A stretch of 64,000 nucleotides of DNA from Raja brachyura. Taxonomy: Eukaryota. Below, in pieces: positions 36,703 to 49,995 of this stretch (its first letter is position 1; each line of letters starts with the position of its first letter). Under the pieces are notes generated by a model. It was not told the DNA's origin, did not search any database, and worked only from the letters and a program-made list of their open reading frames with translations. The stretch is taken from NCBI GenBank assembly GCA_963514005.1, contig OY740783.1, positions 42,470,001-42,534,000 of the forward strand, written 5' to 3'. The position numbers and the translations under genes are program-made.

Positions 36703-39239
36703 GAATATAATAGAGGCCTCTTGTCCTGAATGTGAACACATTATAGTAATCTCCTTTAACTGTGTCAGTTTTTGGGTTGGTTGGGGACACTCAGGTCTCC
36801 ACCCCCCCACATCTTCATTCTGAGTCATCTAGTACACCCTAAATGCTTAAAATCGGGTTCAGAAATAAATATTTCTCTTTAACCATCTATAGCAACAAAA
36901 TTCAATAAACAGCTTTTCAGTTTGAAATGTCTCAATTAGAAGGAAAAATGATTGCATGCTGATAAAGGGAATATGAAATGTACTTGATCAATGTTATGAT
37001 GTTTTAAATGATGATCACATCGCTGAGTTGGGCACACTGCATTAGTCTGTCATTGTTATTTTGTTCAGCTTCAAGGACATGTGCAGAAGAAGTTAATGAC
37101 CGCTGTGTCAGATTGCATGCTGCCGATTCAACCTCACTACACAGTGCTTCTTCAAAGCTGCAGAAAAGACCAAACAGGTACATCCAAGTAATACCCTGCG
37201 CCTGCCAAATTCATTAGCTGCTATATTTAACAGACCACTTGATCTCTGCTTGCCCTTTAGAAACAACTGCAGCCATACATCAAAGCTCATAGATGCAGGT
37301 CACCCTGATTTTACACTGAGACAAGAAGTGCATTGAAATATTTGTTGCAATGACATATTTATTATTGCAGAGGGGAATAGATCTGGAGGATGAAGCTTTA
37401 TCTCGGGTCAGGTAGAATCCACGTTAAATCCATGACTGACTTTATGTGAATGCTTTTGCAGCTCCAACATGGATTTAAAAATCAATACTTGCAATCTATA
37501 CAATGTAATAAAATTGCAGTTAGTTGCTAGAGTTACTTTTGAAGAATAATTCACTTGCAGCTCCAAAGGAGGACTATCAACAAACAATACATTTTAGAAG
37601 CCAATATATAGTACAAGGCTTTCTGTAGTAATTTTTGTTAGATATAGGAAGAATCAAATCATATTGTAGAGGAAATAAGATCTCTTTTTAGAGGTGAACA
37701 ATAATGCTGAATTTCATATATATGGAATGATTTTCAATACTAGTCACAAATATTAATTGTCCAGAATTAATGTTGTTAATTGATCCTGAAACAAAAACAT
37801 TATCTATATGTGGAAAGGAACTGCAGATGCTGGTTCACACTGAAGATAGACACAAAGTGCCAGAGTAAGTCGGCAGGCCTGGCAGCATCTCTGGAGAAAG
37901 GATGTGACTGAAAGAAGGGAGGAACTGGAGGTAGGAATAGCTTATCTATATGTCCATTCCACAGTGAAATGCAGTGAAATAAATCGTTTTCCGGATTGAG
38001 GTTTACAGAGCTGTTGGTGCAGACTCCTACTTTGGCACAGGGGATACCATTACCAGGTTTTTTTCCTATAATTAAATAATGCTAAAGTTATATAACCAAT
38101 AAAGACAAAAAATAATTGAAAAGTCTTATTAACTGCTTACTACATTTTCATATCACAACTAAGTTTTTGAAAACATTTTGCAATAATACATTTATTGCTG
38201 CTCACATTTCTCCAAATTAGAAGGGGAGGTGGGGGAAGCAATTTTCTTGTATTGAGTGTATGAAATCACAGGCAAAACTATCCAAGTGTTTATTTTTCCT
38301 CTTTACAAAAATTGCCAGAAAAGACGTCCTTTGCAGAATTAAATTCTACAAAAATAAACACCTATTTCACACTTGCGATTCACCTGCTGGGATATCTAAT
38401 CTGGACCATTAAGTCAAGCAAAACCCTCAGATTTAGGTTTTGCAACTGGTTTTTAAATCTGTCCCAGATGAGCTGCAGTTTGACTGAGCAAAAAGGGCAG
38501 GTGTAATAGAATCTGGAAATGTGACATGCAGGAGGACGCATGTTCAGTTTGGTGTTCCTGGAAGTGAATTTTCCAAATCTTGTTTAATCTTTCTCATTTC
38601 GAATATTTATTCACTTTGTTCTGACCCAAAAGCCTTTACAGTTTTCTCATCCAGCACGATTTCTGGTAATGTATTCTGTGACCTGACAACCTTATACTGA
38701 ATTATATGAGCAGCCATTGCCCGTGGTTCCTTCAAAGCCCAGCAAAATTTATTGGCTACTTAGCAGCAGTGGTGATTAAACAGGTGTGATAAAACTGTGT
38801 GATATTCTGAATATGACGAGTGCCGATGTTTGATTGGTCTGTTGAATGAAGCCATCAAATTTATGGGGTACAAATCTGTCGAGGAAACCCAAATGTACAT
38901 TTGTGAGTGAATTAATACATTTTGTCTTTGAAATTAATGATGTGTAAAACAAATGTCCTTTGTGTGAAAGCTGTGAACTAGCTGTCATGCGTGTTTGAAG
39001 GACAATATATTAACTAACAGAAATGGATGTACTATATGGAGAAAATATGCCCAACAAACGTTTTGCCTTTGGCCAAAATAATATTATATCAAAAGTATAT
39101 TATTTATTGGACGTGGACTTTCTATTTTTTTAATAAATATTTACCTGACTACATCATAAGTACAGAAAAAAGATCAATTTCTCTTGTATCAGATTTAATT
39201 AAATAAATAAATATGCATTACTGTTGCATCCTCCTTGCT

Positions 39240-39520
39240 TCACAGTGCTTTAGGGCAAATAGGGCACTTCTGTAATGTAATCACCATTGTAATGTTGGCA
39301 ATGCGTACAGAAAGGTCCTGCAGTGTGATTGTGACCGGCTCATCGAGTTGCGTGATGTGATTAGGAGATAAGTATTGACAGAACATAAGGCATAACTCCC
39401 CTGTTCTTTTGAAAGTGTCACAGGATCGCTCATATTCACCTGAGTGAACAGACATAGCCATGATTTAAGTTCTCATTCAAATGATGACACTTCCAATGAT
39501 GTAACACTTCTTCACTAGTG
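39240..39520 (-). mobile_element. Ancient Deu-domain (SacSINE1-like) SINE relic
   Basis: cacagtgcttta...ttgtaatgt...gataagtattgacag...aactcccctgttctt...cacctgag...tttaagttctcattcaaa, matching a recalled consensus. Confidence 0.6.
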
Positions 39521-42468
39521 ATCAGAATTCTGTGACATAAGTCGCTTCGGGCAGCAATATGGGCTTTTGGATGTTTCAGTTTTTATTTGCTCTGTTTCTT
39601 AATCAGTTTACTGGCCCACCTCTTCCGAGTATAAAACTCGGTAAATTTTAAATATAGGATAGTGCAGCACAGGAACAAGCCCTTCGGCCCACAATGCCTG
39701 TGCCAAACATAATGCCAAGATAAACTAATCTCATCTGCCTGCACATCATCCATATCCCTACATTTCCTACATATCCATGTGCCTATCTAAAATAATTATT
39801 TTAGCACATTCTTCGCAGTTAACATTATTATTTTAATTTTGATTGACCATAATGCTTTGACTCTTCACTGTACACCATTTTAATATGGAATTAATATATG
39901 TTTTATCTGGTCAACAGTCATTATCAATGGGAGCAATCTATTTCATTGCAGCAACAATATCAGAAAGTAGCCTTATACATTTGGAACATTTCACTATTTT
40001 GAGAAGCTCAATGAGAAACTAATTTTGATGAACCAAGTAGCCATGTCACGAGTCAAAATAGTTTTTGTCATATGCATTGGAGTAGAAAGAAAAATGTGTA
40101 AACTGATCCAAATTAAAATAGCACCAGGAAAGCCAGGATACAATCTGAATGTCAAGTACAAATTAAATTGCACCGAATATCCTTCAATAATTCTGAATGG
40201 GGTTGGTCACCAATTCCAGTCATATAGGAAGGATTTAAGCGACCACATTGAACCAATTAATCTGCACAGCAGTTTTTAGTACATGGAGATGATTTAGATT
40301 TGGGAATCTGGGGCTGTGGGGAATCAGTGGTGTGAGCAAGGCCCCAAATATTTGGAAACAGTACAGTTTGGCCTTACACGGCATGGTTTTATTTTCTCAA
40401 TTTAATCCATGCATGAAGGAGGTGGAGGAGGCCTCGATCCGTGAGAGTTCAGCCTTTGTAGAGGGCACACTAAATTTGACAGTCTAAAAGAAGTGAATCT
40501 CCTTGTTCAAAACGTAATGTGGTTTAGCTGTTGATCTTCCAATTAACTGTACTAAACGGTTCATGAGAAAGCAAAGAGTGAGTGATTTTTTTTCCTCCCA
40601 CACAAGGACTTCAGACAGAAATGGGATTGTCATCTATGGCAAAGTTCTGAGTCATTGGGGCTATCAAACATGTGCTGCCAACTGTGAACAACACTGCAAG
40701 AGAGGAGGGGATTTTTTTTTCTCTCAGAAGATCATGGTTTGCCACTTTCCACCCCACAGGGTGGTGGAAGCAGAGTTTTTGAATATTTTAAGGCAGAGAT
40801 AGATAGACACTTGTTAAACAAAGGGGCAAAGGTTACCTAACTTAGTAGATGGGGTGCAATATTGGGGTTGCAATCAGATAAGCCATGATCTTATTAAATG
40901 ACAGAGGGACTTGAGTGGCAGGGTGGTCCACGCTTTCTCCTGAATCATCATTTTCATAATTAATCTTTCTGAACAAGGGGTTTCACAATGTTCAGTTTAG
41001 TTTATTGCCACGTGTACCGAGGCACAGTGAAAAGTTTTTGTTGCATGCTAACCAGTCCCTCGTGTTATCCCTCATGTGCAAATAAAGGATGAAATGGATG
41101 AAAAACATGTGTAAAATGAGAGAAAGTGATAGAGGGAAGACAAGATTCACAATTTAAATTTAGACTACATATTGAATGCACGCATCACTATTTATTGGTC
41201 CATGAGGTTGCAGGACAAGTAGATTCTGTAATCTGAGCTAATTACTTCTTCAGTTTGAAAGAGCTTGCAAGAAATCACCAGCTACAAGAGGACAACCCCC
41301 CCGCTCCTTGGTCAATCGTCAGCTGACCAACGACCTGAACGAGTTCTACTGCAGGTTCGATAAACAGAAACATAACCCTGATACCCCCTCCTCCTACCCA
41401 TCACCGCTTCACACCTACTTACAGCCTGACCCCAGTCTGCAAAGACAGGGCCCTTCCCCACCCACTCCTCTCCAATCACCACTTAACACCCACTTACAGC
41501 CTGACTCCAGTCTGCAAAGGCAGGGCCATCATCCACTACCCACACCCTCCTTGCTGCCCAACATCACTTTGGCCACTTTTCTATCACTAACAATAGAAAT
41601 TGAGGAGGTGGAAAGGCTATTCAGAAGACAGAAAAAACGGAAATCTCCAAGACTGGACAATGTTTCCCCCTCTACCCTCAAGCTCTGTGCCAAACACTTG
41701 GCACTGGTCTACACAAACATTTTTAACCAGTCCCTGTAAATCTGTACTGTCCCTGCCTGCTTCAAAGTCTCCACTATTGTCCCTGTACCCAAAAAGACAA
41801 AGATTACTGGTCTTAATGACTACAGGCCTGTCGCACTGACCTCTGCAGTCATGAAGAGCCTTGAAAGACTTGTGCTGGCCCACATGAAAAATATCACAAA
41901 CCTACTGCTGGCCCCTTTGCAGTTTGCATACCGGGCCAATAGATCAATGAATGATGCAGTCAACCTGGGCCTGCACTTCATCCTCCAGCACCTAGACCGC
42001 CAGGGGACCTATGCAAGGATTTTGTTTGTGGATTTTGGCTCCGCATCCAACACCATTGTGCCAGAGCTACTACACTCCAAACTCTCCCAGTTAACTGTGC
42101 CTGAACCCCTCTGTCAGTGCATCACCAACTTCCTGACAGGCAGGAAGCAGCATGTGAGGCTGGGAAAGCATATCTCGGACCCGCAGACCCTCAGCATAGA
42201 AGCACCACAAGGCTGCGTACTCTCCACTCTCTCAACACCAACGACTGCACTTCCACAGACTCCTCTGTCAAGCTACTCAAGTTTGTGGACGACACAACCC
42301 TGATTGGGCTGATCCAGGATGGGGAGGAATCTGCCTACAGACAGGGAGCGACACAGCTGCCATCCTGGTGCCTTTGTACGAACCTGGTGCTCAATGCTCT
42401 TAAGACAGTGGAATTGATGGTGGACTTTAGGAGAGCTCCCCCTCTTCTCCCCCCACTCATCACCAACA

Positions 42469-42779
42469 GTCCAGAACCAGGGGGCACAGTTTTAAGAATA
42501 AGGGGTAAGCCATTTAGAACGGAGATGGGGAAAAAAAATTTCACACAGAGAGTGGTGAGTCTGTGGGATTCTTTGCCTCAGAAGGTGATGGAGGCAGGTT
42601 CTCTGGATACTTTCAAGAGAGGGCTAGATAGGGCTCTTAAAGATAGTGGAGTCAGGTGATATGGGGAGAAGGCAGGAACGGGGTACTGATTGGGGATGAT
42701 CAGCCATGGTCACATTGAATGGAGGTGCTGGCTTGAAAAGCCGAATGGCCTCCTCCTGCACCTATTGTCTATTGTCTAT
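42469..42779 (+). mobile_element. CR1 3' fragment nested in Rex1
   Basis: gtccagaaccagggggcacagtttaagaataaggggtaag... ending (ctattgt)n; Rex1 sequence resumes at caccacagtcacatctgtggag. Confidence 0.85.
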
Positions 42780-43340
42780 ACACCACAGTCACATCTGTGG
42801 AGCCTTTTAAGTTCCTTGGAACCGTTATCTCCAAGGACCTTAAATGGGGGGGACCACCATTGAATCCACAGTCAAAAAGGCACAACAGAGGATGTACTTC
42901 CTGCGGCAGCTGAGGAAACACAATCCGACACAGGCAATGATGGTCCAATTTTATATTGCCATCGTAGAGTCTGTCCACACCTTCTTCATCATGGTCTGGT
43001 TTGGCTCAGCCACCAAGTCCGACATCCGGAGGCTGCAGTGAATTGTTCAATCAGCTCAGAAGGTTGTTGGCTGCAACCTCCCCCCCCCCCCCAATTGACG
43101 AACTGTACACTGCAAAGGCCACAAAAAGAGCGGGTGAAATGACCTCTGATCCTGGCCACAAACTCTTTGAAGTACGTCCGGCTGGAAGGTAACTCCGGTC
43201 TGTCAAAGCCGCCACAACCAGACATAAAAACTGCTTTTTTCCATGAGCAGTAACTCTACTTAATAACCAAAAGTCTGTAGCCTTCTTTTGCTCTGGTATT
43301 TTATTTCATTCACATGTTTAAACTATGATGTCTTATTCTT

Positions 43341-43566
43341 GTTCAAGAAGGAACTGCAGATGCTGGAAAATCGAAGGTAGACAAAAATGCTGGAGAAACT
43401 CAGCGAGTGAGGCAGCATCCATGGAGCGAAGGAAATAGGCAACGTTTTGGGTCGAAACCCATCTTTAGTTTGAAGAACAGTTTCGACCCGAAACGTTGCC
43501 TATTTCCTTCGCTCCATAGATGCTGCCTCACCCACTGAGTTTCTCCGGCATTTTTGTCTACCTTCA
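43341..43566. mobile_element. Palindromic (inverted double) Penelope terminal repeat with 13-bp TSD
   Basis: 43373-43465 and 43470-43565 are imperfect inverted copies; TSD atgtcttattctt (43328-43340) / atgttttattctt (43567-43579). Confidence 0.85.
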
Positions 43567-44774
43567 ATGTTTTATTCTTAATGTTTTCATGTTTTATGTT
43601 TTATTGTTAATTGTTTACTGTATGTCGTGTTGTTACTTGCGCGCAGAGCACCAAGGCAAATTCCTTGTATGTTTACATATTTGGCCAATAAACCTATTCA
43701 TTCATTCATTAATTCATTTATTCGTTCATTAACAGGGGAATTATTGGATGTAGTTGCGGCTGGGACTATCCCAACATTTAAGAAACAGTTAGACAGGTAC
43801 ATGGATAGGACAGGTTTGGAAGGGTATGGACCAAGCACTGGCAGGTGGGACTAGTGTAGCTCGGACATGTTGGGCAGGTTGGGCATGTTGGGCCGTAGGG
43901 CCTGTATCCACACTGTATCCACACTTACCACTCTATGACTCCATTAAGGATCCAGAGCAAACAAAAGTCTCACTCCCATCCTTTATTTTAAAAGACACAA
44001 GGTCTCTGACTACCCTCACTTTATTCTACTATGTGTAACATGTGTGTTTAAAAAAAAAAAGTCTTTATGTTGTTGATGAGGGGAAATGATATCTGTGGTT
44101 GCCGCGGTTAACAATCCAGCATTGTAAAGAATGCAATCCAGCATTGTAAAGAACATTGTAAGCAGATCGCTACTTGAGTCATTACCGGTTTAATCATTGT
44201 TAATAATGACATTGCTCACTGACAATTTATTCCATTAATTTGTTTCAGCCTTTATTTCAGGAAGAAGTGGTGGCCAAGGTCACCATTCATTTTGAAAAAA
44301 ATAAAAAGACTGATGTTGACAGAATTAAGCAAAACCCGCTAATGAGAATACTCCTGATTCCACAGATAGCTGCAACTGAACAATAGATCTTTCACAAACA
44401 TTTGGAACGGGGTTACACAAAATCCTTTCACACACTGGAGGTGAATTTGTTCACCCCAAATTGTAACCCCATTATAATCCCTGTTAAATTCAATAAAAGT
44501 CAGAGAAGTCACTGAAGTTTCATTAAAAATCTGATTCAGTAGCTCATTAAATACGAGTGTTGTTTTTCTGCACTTATAATTATAATCTGACAAGCAACAA
44601 CAAGTAGTGGGCCGCTGGAGATGTAGCCTCACAGCTCAAGTGTGGGTAGACCTCTGGAACTGCTCCCCCTGTGACTGCAGTGGTTTTCTCTGGACACTCC
44701 GATTTCCTCCCACATTCGAAAGATGTGCAGGTTAATTGGCGGCAGTGATTTGCCCCTAGTACTTAGATGAGTTA

Positions 44775-45240
44775 CAAAAATGGTTCCAGGAATTAGTGGG
44801 TTAGCATATGATGAGCGCTAGGCACCACTGGGCCTCTCTAATCGCTGGAGTTTAGAAGGTTGAGGAGGGACCACATTGAAACTTACAGAATAATGAAAGG
44901 CGTAGATAGAGTGGATGTTTCTACTGGTTTCTACTGGTGGGAGAGGATGTTTCTACTGGTGGGAGAGTCTAGGACCAGAGGTCATAGCCTCAGAATTAAA
45001 GAATGCTCATTTAGAAAAGAGGTGAGGAGAAACATCTTTAGTTAGACGGTATTTAATCTGTGGATCTCATTGCCGCAGAGGGCTGTGGAGGCCAAGTCAG
45101 TGGATATTTTTAAGGTGGAGATAGACAAATTCTTGATTAGAATGGGTGTCAAGGGTTATGGGGAGAAGGCAGGAAAATGTGATCAGGAGGCAGAGATCAG
45201 TCATGATGGGCCAAATGGCCTAATTCTCCCTATATGTTGC
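44775..45240 (+). mobile_element. CR1 3' fragment inserted in a diverged V-SINE (44608-44770, resuming ~45250-45420)
   Basis: RRDHIETYRIMKGVDRVD...LVGESRTRGHSLRIK; SINE core upstream (ctccgatttcctcccacattcgaaagatgtgcaggttaattggc). Confidence 0.75.
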
Positions 45241-45995
45241 GAACGTGAGCTTGTGAGTGGTAGAATCAGGCTGGGGAGTTGAATTGGGAATGTGAGGAGA
45301 ATAAAATAGATTAGAATAGAATTAGTTTAAATGAATTTACACTAATTCTATGAATTAGAATTCTATGAATTAGTGTAAATTAATTTAGTGTGACTGTTGG
45401 CACGGACTCAATTGGGCTAATTCCAAGTATATGATATTTTAAATGCATTTTGTAAAATGGTAATCAGTGAGAAAGACTACAGCAAGCAATATTTCTGAAG
45501 GTGAGGAGTTACATTGCTGAGAAGCTGGTGGTGGGAACAGGAGCAGAAAAATCATAGGATCATAGACCCAGTATGCAAGGGAACAGGCTTCTTGGCCAAG
45601 AGTGTCCATGTAGGTCATCCTGCATCTACCAAATCTAGTCTCACTTTCCAAAGTTTGGCCCATAGACTTCTATGTTGTGCATATTTAAATATTTCTTGTA
45701 TAGTGTAAGCGTCCTTGCCTGCGTCACCCCCTGAGGTCGTATATTATGTGGGATCTTTTTTTCCAATCCCCTTTAAAATACATTACTCCTCAGCTTAAAC
45801 CTATGCCCTCTGGTCTTTGGACACCTTTGCTAAGGGAAATATTTCTCACAATTTACCCTATCTATTCTCCTCATAAGTTTGTATATCTCATTTGCTTTGC
45901 AAGGAAATGAACCCAGCTTATCCAGTCTATTGTCAAAGCTGCAAGAAAAAAGAGAACAGTTAGAGGAACTCAGCCGGTATTGATTGAGTCCCTTA

Positions 45996-46088
45996 TGGGC
46001 TTGTCCCACTTAAGCGATTTTTTGGGGGATGACAGGCGACTGCCACAAAATGTTCGCTGAAAAAAGCCGCCTAAGTGGGACAGGCCCA
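45996..46088. mobile_element. 93-bp Harbinger-type MITE
   Basis: TIRs tgggcttgtcccacttaagcg / cgcctaagtgggacaggccca; TSD TTA at 45993-45995 and 46089-46091. Confidence 0.85.
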
Positions 46089-46259
46089 TTAGTCCTTTTT
46101 TGGCCACAATTCTAGTCTCTGCTGCCTCTTGAGCCGCTTTCCAAAGCTGCAATGTTCTATTCCAGACAATACACCATTTTTTCCTAATGGTGTAGCCCAT
46201 TTGTAGAAACGGCTACAATGATGGGCAATTTCATTTGTGTTTAAGCTAAATGGCAAATG

Positions 46260-46358
46260 GCCTGAAGAAAGTTCCTGACCAGAAACGTCACCCTTCCTTT
46301 TTCTCCAGAGACCTGCTGTCTGACCTGCTGAGTTACTCCAGCACTTTGTGTCTATCTC
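46260..46358 (+). mobile_element. Solo Penelope terminal-repeat fragment
   Basis: cCTGAAGAaagttcctgaccaGAAAcgtcacc...ctgacctgctgagttactccagcactttgtgtctatc. Confidence 0.75.
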
Positions 46359-49300
46359 TGGCAGTTGACAAGGTGTTTGCAGTGCCTTGCCAGGATATGT
46401 CCTTGGGTTCAGCATGCATTCAGTTGCCACTCTCCTAAGCCTCTTGATGTGCATATCCATGATGATAATAGAGCAGCCAATATTCTTATTCATAAGCTGT
46501 TCATTTATTTTTCATTTTGATTTTAAAATGGCTCCACTGTCTATTATTTCTTCAAGTGGCATGTATGCTGTTTAAGTTTATTCATCACACTGCTCTATAC
46601 TGAACAAGAATTTGCTTTGTAGCTTTGTGTTGTAAGTATTGTCCTACAATAGGAACCCTCTTGGATGTCATTATTCTGGCTTGCTATCCTGGGCCCAGTC
46701 TTCCATACTGACACTATATCAATTGTAGGTTATTTCACTGCTCTAAACAGGGCATACTTGTCATGGATGATATCCTTCTGCACCAAACTCACCCATTTGA
46801 CTTGGGCTCCATATCAGAAGTCCTGCGTTTGCTATTGTCATTTGCCCACAGTTAACATTAGGAACAACATTCTAGACTGACCTAACTTCTAACTTTAGTG
46901 ATTTTGGTAACCACCTCTATTAGTTGACCAGTGTCAACTTTATCTGCTAATCTGACCATAAAATTGTCTTGCAGTCCTTGATTCAGGAAGGTGCCAAAAT
47001 TAGTGCCAAAGCAGATTCTTCACCATTACTAATGGTCCTCCCTGCCATTTGGTTTATAGTCCCAAATTTATGGCTCTCTGTGATCTCCCAAAAGTGTTGG
47101 ATTAAAGTAAATCAGCCGTCTCTCTGCCTCCTCACTGAATGAAACATCTATTTTCATAAGTGGACCAAGAAGCTCTGCCAAAATGGCTTATGTGTCTGAA
47201 ATTATCTCTATTAGTGAGATTGCTATCATATTTCCTTATATGGCTTTGTTTTAAGCAGACTCATTACTCATCTGGGTGCAGCAATATTGTTAGCCCTGAA
47301 GAACGTCTCTATCCATTCTATGCAAAAACTGAAAAGCTCTGGTACTTTATCAGAAATACCCAAGAAGGCAATAGAAATGAATTAGCTCTGAGCTGGCACT
47401 TGGTCCTTTTCCCATTTGAAACTCAACTGCTGTGACTAATCGTGAATTTTCAGACTCACCAGGAGTACATTCAAACAAATGAAGATATCAATTTGGAGCA
47501 GGAATTGACCACATGATTCTTCATGTCTTCTCTGCAGTCTAATAAGACCATGACTGATGTGATTATAACCTCTGCTCCTTATCAAGCAAGGGATGAATTT
47601 TTTGCCTCAAAACTAATCAACTCTGCTTCCACCACCTATTGAGGATGAGAGGTCCAAAGATTCAAGATCTGAGAGAACAAAAATCCCCTCATATCTTCCT
47701 TAAATGGGTGACCACTCTTTTTCTCCAATGAGGTATTATCATCTCGATTTTGACCACATTTGGTACGTGGTTGCTCTATGTCATTGGTAACTTATTTCTT
47801 CAATCAGTCTCAATTATTAGACACTGTATATAGGAACAAAGAGCTGCACATGCTGGTTTTACAAGGACATAAAAGGCACAAAGTGCTGGAGTAAATGAAT
47901 TTAAAATGAAGTGTTGGGGCCAATCTTTTCATCAACAATTAACTTCCCCTTCCTTCATATTCTATGAAAATATGAGGAGATGTAAATTATGTGATAAATA
48001 TAATTGGAATTGGTTGATTATTTGTTATGTGCGCTGAGATGCAGTGAAATACTTTGGTGTTCCATCCACAACTCTCTGCAATTTCTTGTGGTGTTGGGCA
48101 GAGCCATTGTTAAACAAAGTTGTGATGCATGCCAAGAAGATACTTTATGTCTGTAAAAAATGGTAAGAGTAATGGAAGATATACTGAAATACTGAGGAGG
48201 AAGAGGTGTTGGTGTCCTTTCTTAGTGGTGGGCACCTCCACACACAGTTCATTAATTTGCCCTTCCCAATTTCCCAATACTAGATCCAGCGTTACCTTCT
48301 CATGTGTGGGGGCCTCCACATATTGCTTAAGAAAACACTCCTGAACACTTTTGAGGAATTGCACCCCTTCTAAACCCTTATCCAGATTTTCCACTGAAAT
48401 ATCTATTTTATAAATTTAAAGTCTATAATTAAAGCTTGAGCATCAGTTTAGCCATACACTGAGGATCCCCTCAGTCTTTTATGAAGTTAGGTTATACATC
48501 AGAGACATAGAAACATAGAAAAATAAGTGCAGGAGTAGTCCATTCAGCCCTTTGAGCCAGCACTGCTGATCATCTAAAATGAGTACCCCGTTCCTGCTTT
48601 TTCCCCATATCCCTTGATTCCTTTAACCCTAAGAGCTAAATCTAACTCTCACTTGAAAACGTCCAGTGAATTGGCCTCCACTGCCTTCTGTGGCAGAGAA
48701 TTCCACAGATTTGCAACTCTCTGGGTGAAGAAGTGTTTCCTCATCACAGTCCCAAATGGCCTACCCCTTATTCTTAAACTGTGACCCCTGGTTCTGAACT
48801 CTCCCAACATTGGAATTTTTTCCCTGCATCTTGCTTGTCCAATCCTTTAAGAAATATATATGTTTCTATTGGATCTCCTCTCATCCTAAATTCCAGTGAA
48901 TACAAGCCCAGCTGGCCCATTCTTTCATCGTATGTCAGTACTGCCATCCCGTGAATTAACCTGTTGAACCTACGCTGCACTCCCTCAATAGCAATAATGT
49001 TATTCCTCAAATTAGACCAAAATTGCGCACGATACTCCAGGTGCGGTCTCACCAGGGCCCATACAACTGCAGTAGGACCTCCTTGCTCCTAAACTCAAAT
49101 CCTCTCACGATAAAAGCCAGCATGCCATTAGCTTTCTTCACTGCCTGCTGTACCTGCATGCTTACTTTCAATGACTGAGGTCCAAGCACACACAGGTCTC
49201 ATTGCACCTCCCCTTTTCCTAATCTGACACCATTCAGATAATAATCTACCTTTCTGTTCTTGCCACCAAAATGGATAATTTCACATTTATCCACATTATA

Positions 49301-49873
49301 TACTGCATCTGCCATGCATCTGCCCAATCACCCAGCCTATTTAAGTCATCCTGCATGCTCATCACAGCTCACACTGCCACCTAGCTTTGTGTCATCAGCA
49401 AACTTGGAGATGTCACATTTTATTCCCTCGTCTAAATCGTTAATCAAAATTACTAAAAGTCTGATCTTGTCCGCTTTTGGCCCACTGTGCTGCAATTTCC
49501 GAGAGAACGCCGCCACCTACGGCCTTCATTTTTGGCAACCTCGCTCAGAGCCCCCCTCCGCCTTCCTGGACCAGAGGATTTTGCCATCGATGAAGAACCA
49601 GAGAGATATTAATGTTTTTTTCAAAATTGCCATTCTCTCTGCTCCCCCTGCTGGTGGGAGGGGGGGGGGACTTAAAAACCCGGAAGTAACTTCCTCAGTC
49701 TCTGCAAGATAGAGCAAGCCAAAGGGTCACGTCTCTCTGAGCACTGATTAACACTGAATAACACTGAACACATGTCTACTCAACTGTGAGTGCCCTTAAT
49801 GTGGTTTGAAAATAAAAATATGGTTGGTTTGAAGTAAAAAGACACTGCCTGCAAATGGTTGTTTGGGGGGTTT

Positions 49874-49995
49874 GGCTTGAAGTTAAAAGGCACTACTGCA
49901 AATGGTGGCTTGGGTGCTTTCGCTTGAAGTTAAAAGGCACTACTGCAAATGGTGGCTTGGGTGCTTTGGCTTGAAGTTAAAAGGCACTACTGCTT
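49874..49995. repeat. ~47-bp tandem repeat (about 2.5 units) inside the Helitron
   Basis: gcttgaagttaaaaggcactactgcaaatggtggcttgggtgcttt repeated. Confidence 0.85.

Larger units (their letters stand above)
41250..43730 (+). mobile_element. Rex1/Babar LINE (RT to 3' end) carrying CR1 and Penelope insertions
   Basis: ORFs 41308-41739, 41851-42303 and 42844-43041 with [40 protein letters not shown]; (ttca)n tail at ~43697-43730. Confidence 0.9.

Noticed and set aside
44112-44162. Short tandem duplications (also 10706-10768, 21279-21300, 44913-44960)
   Set aside because: Ordinary slippage duplications with no further structure
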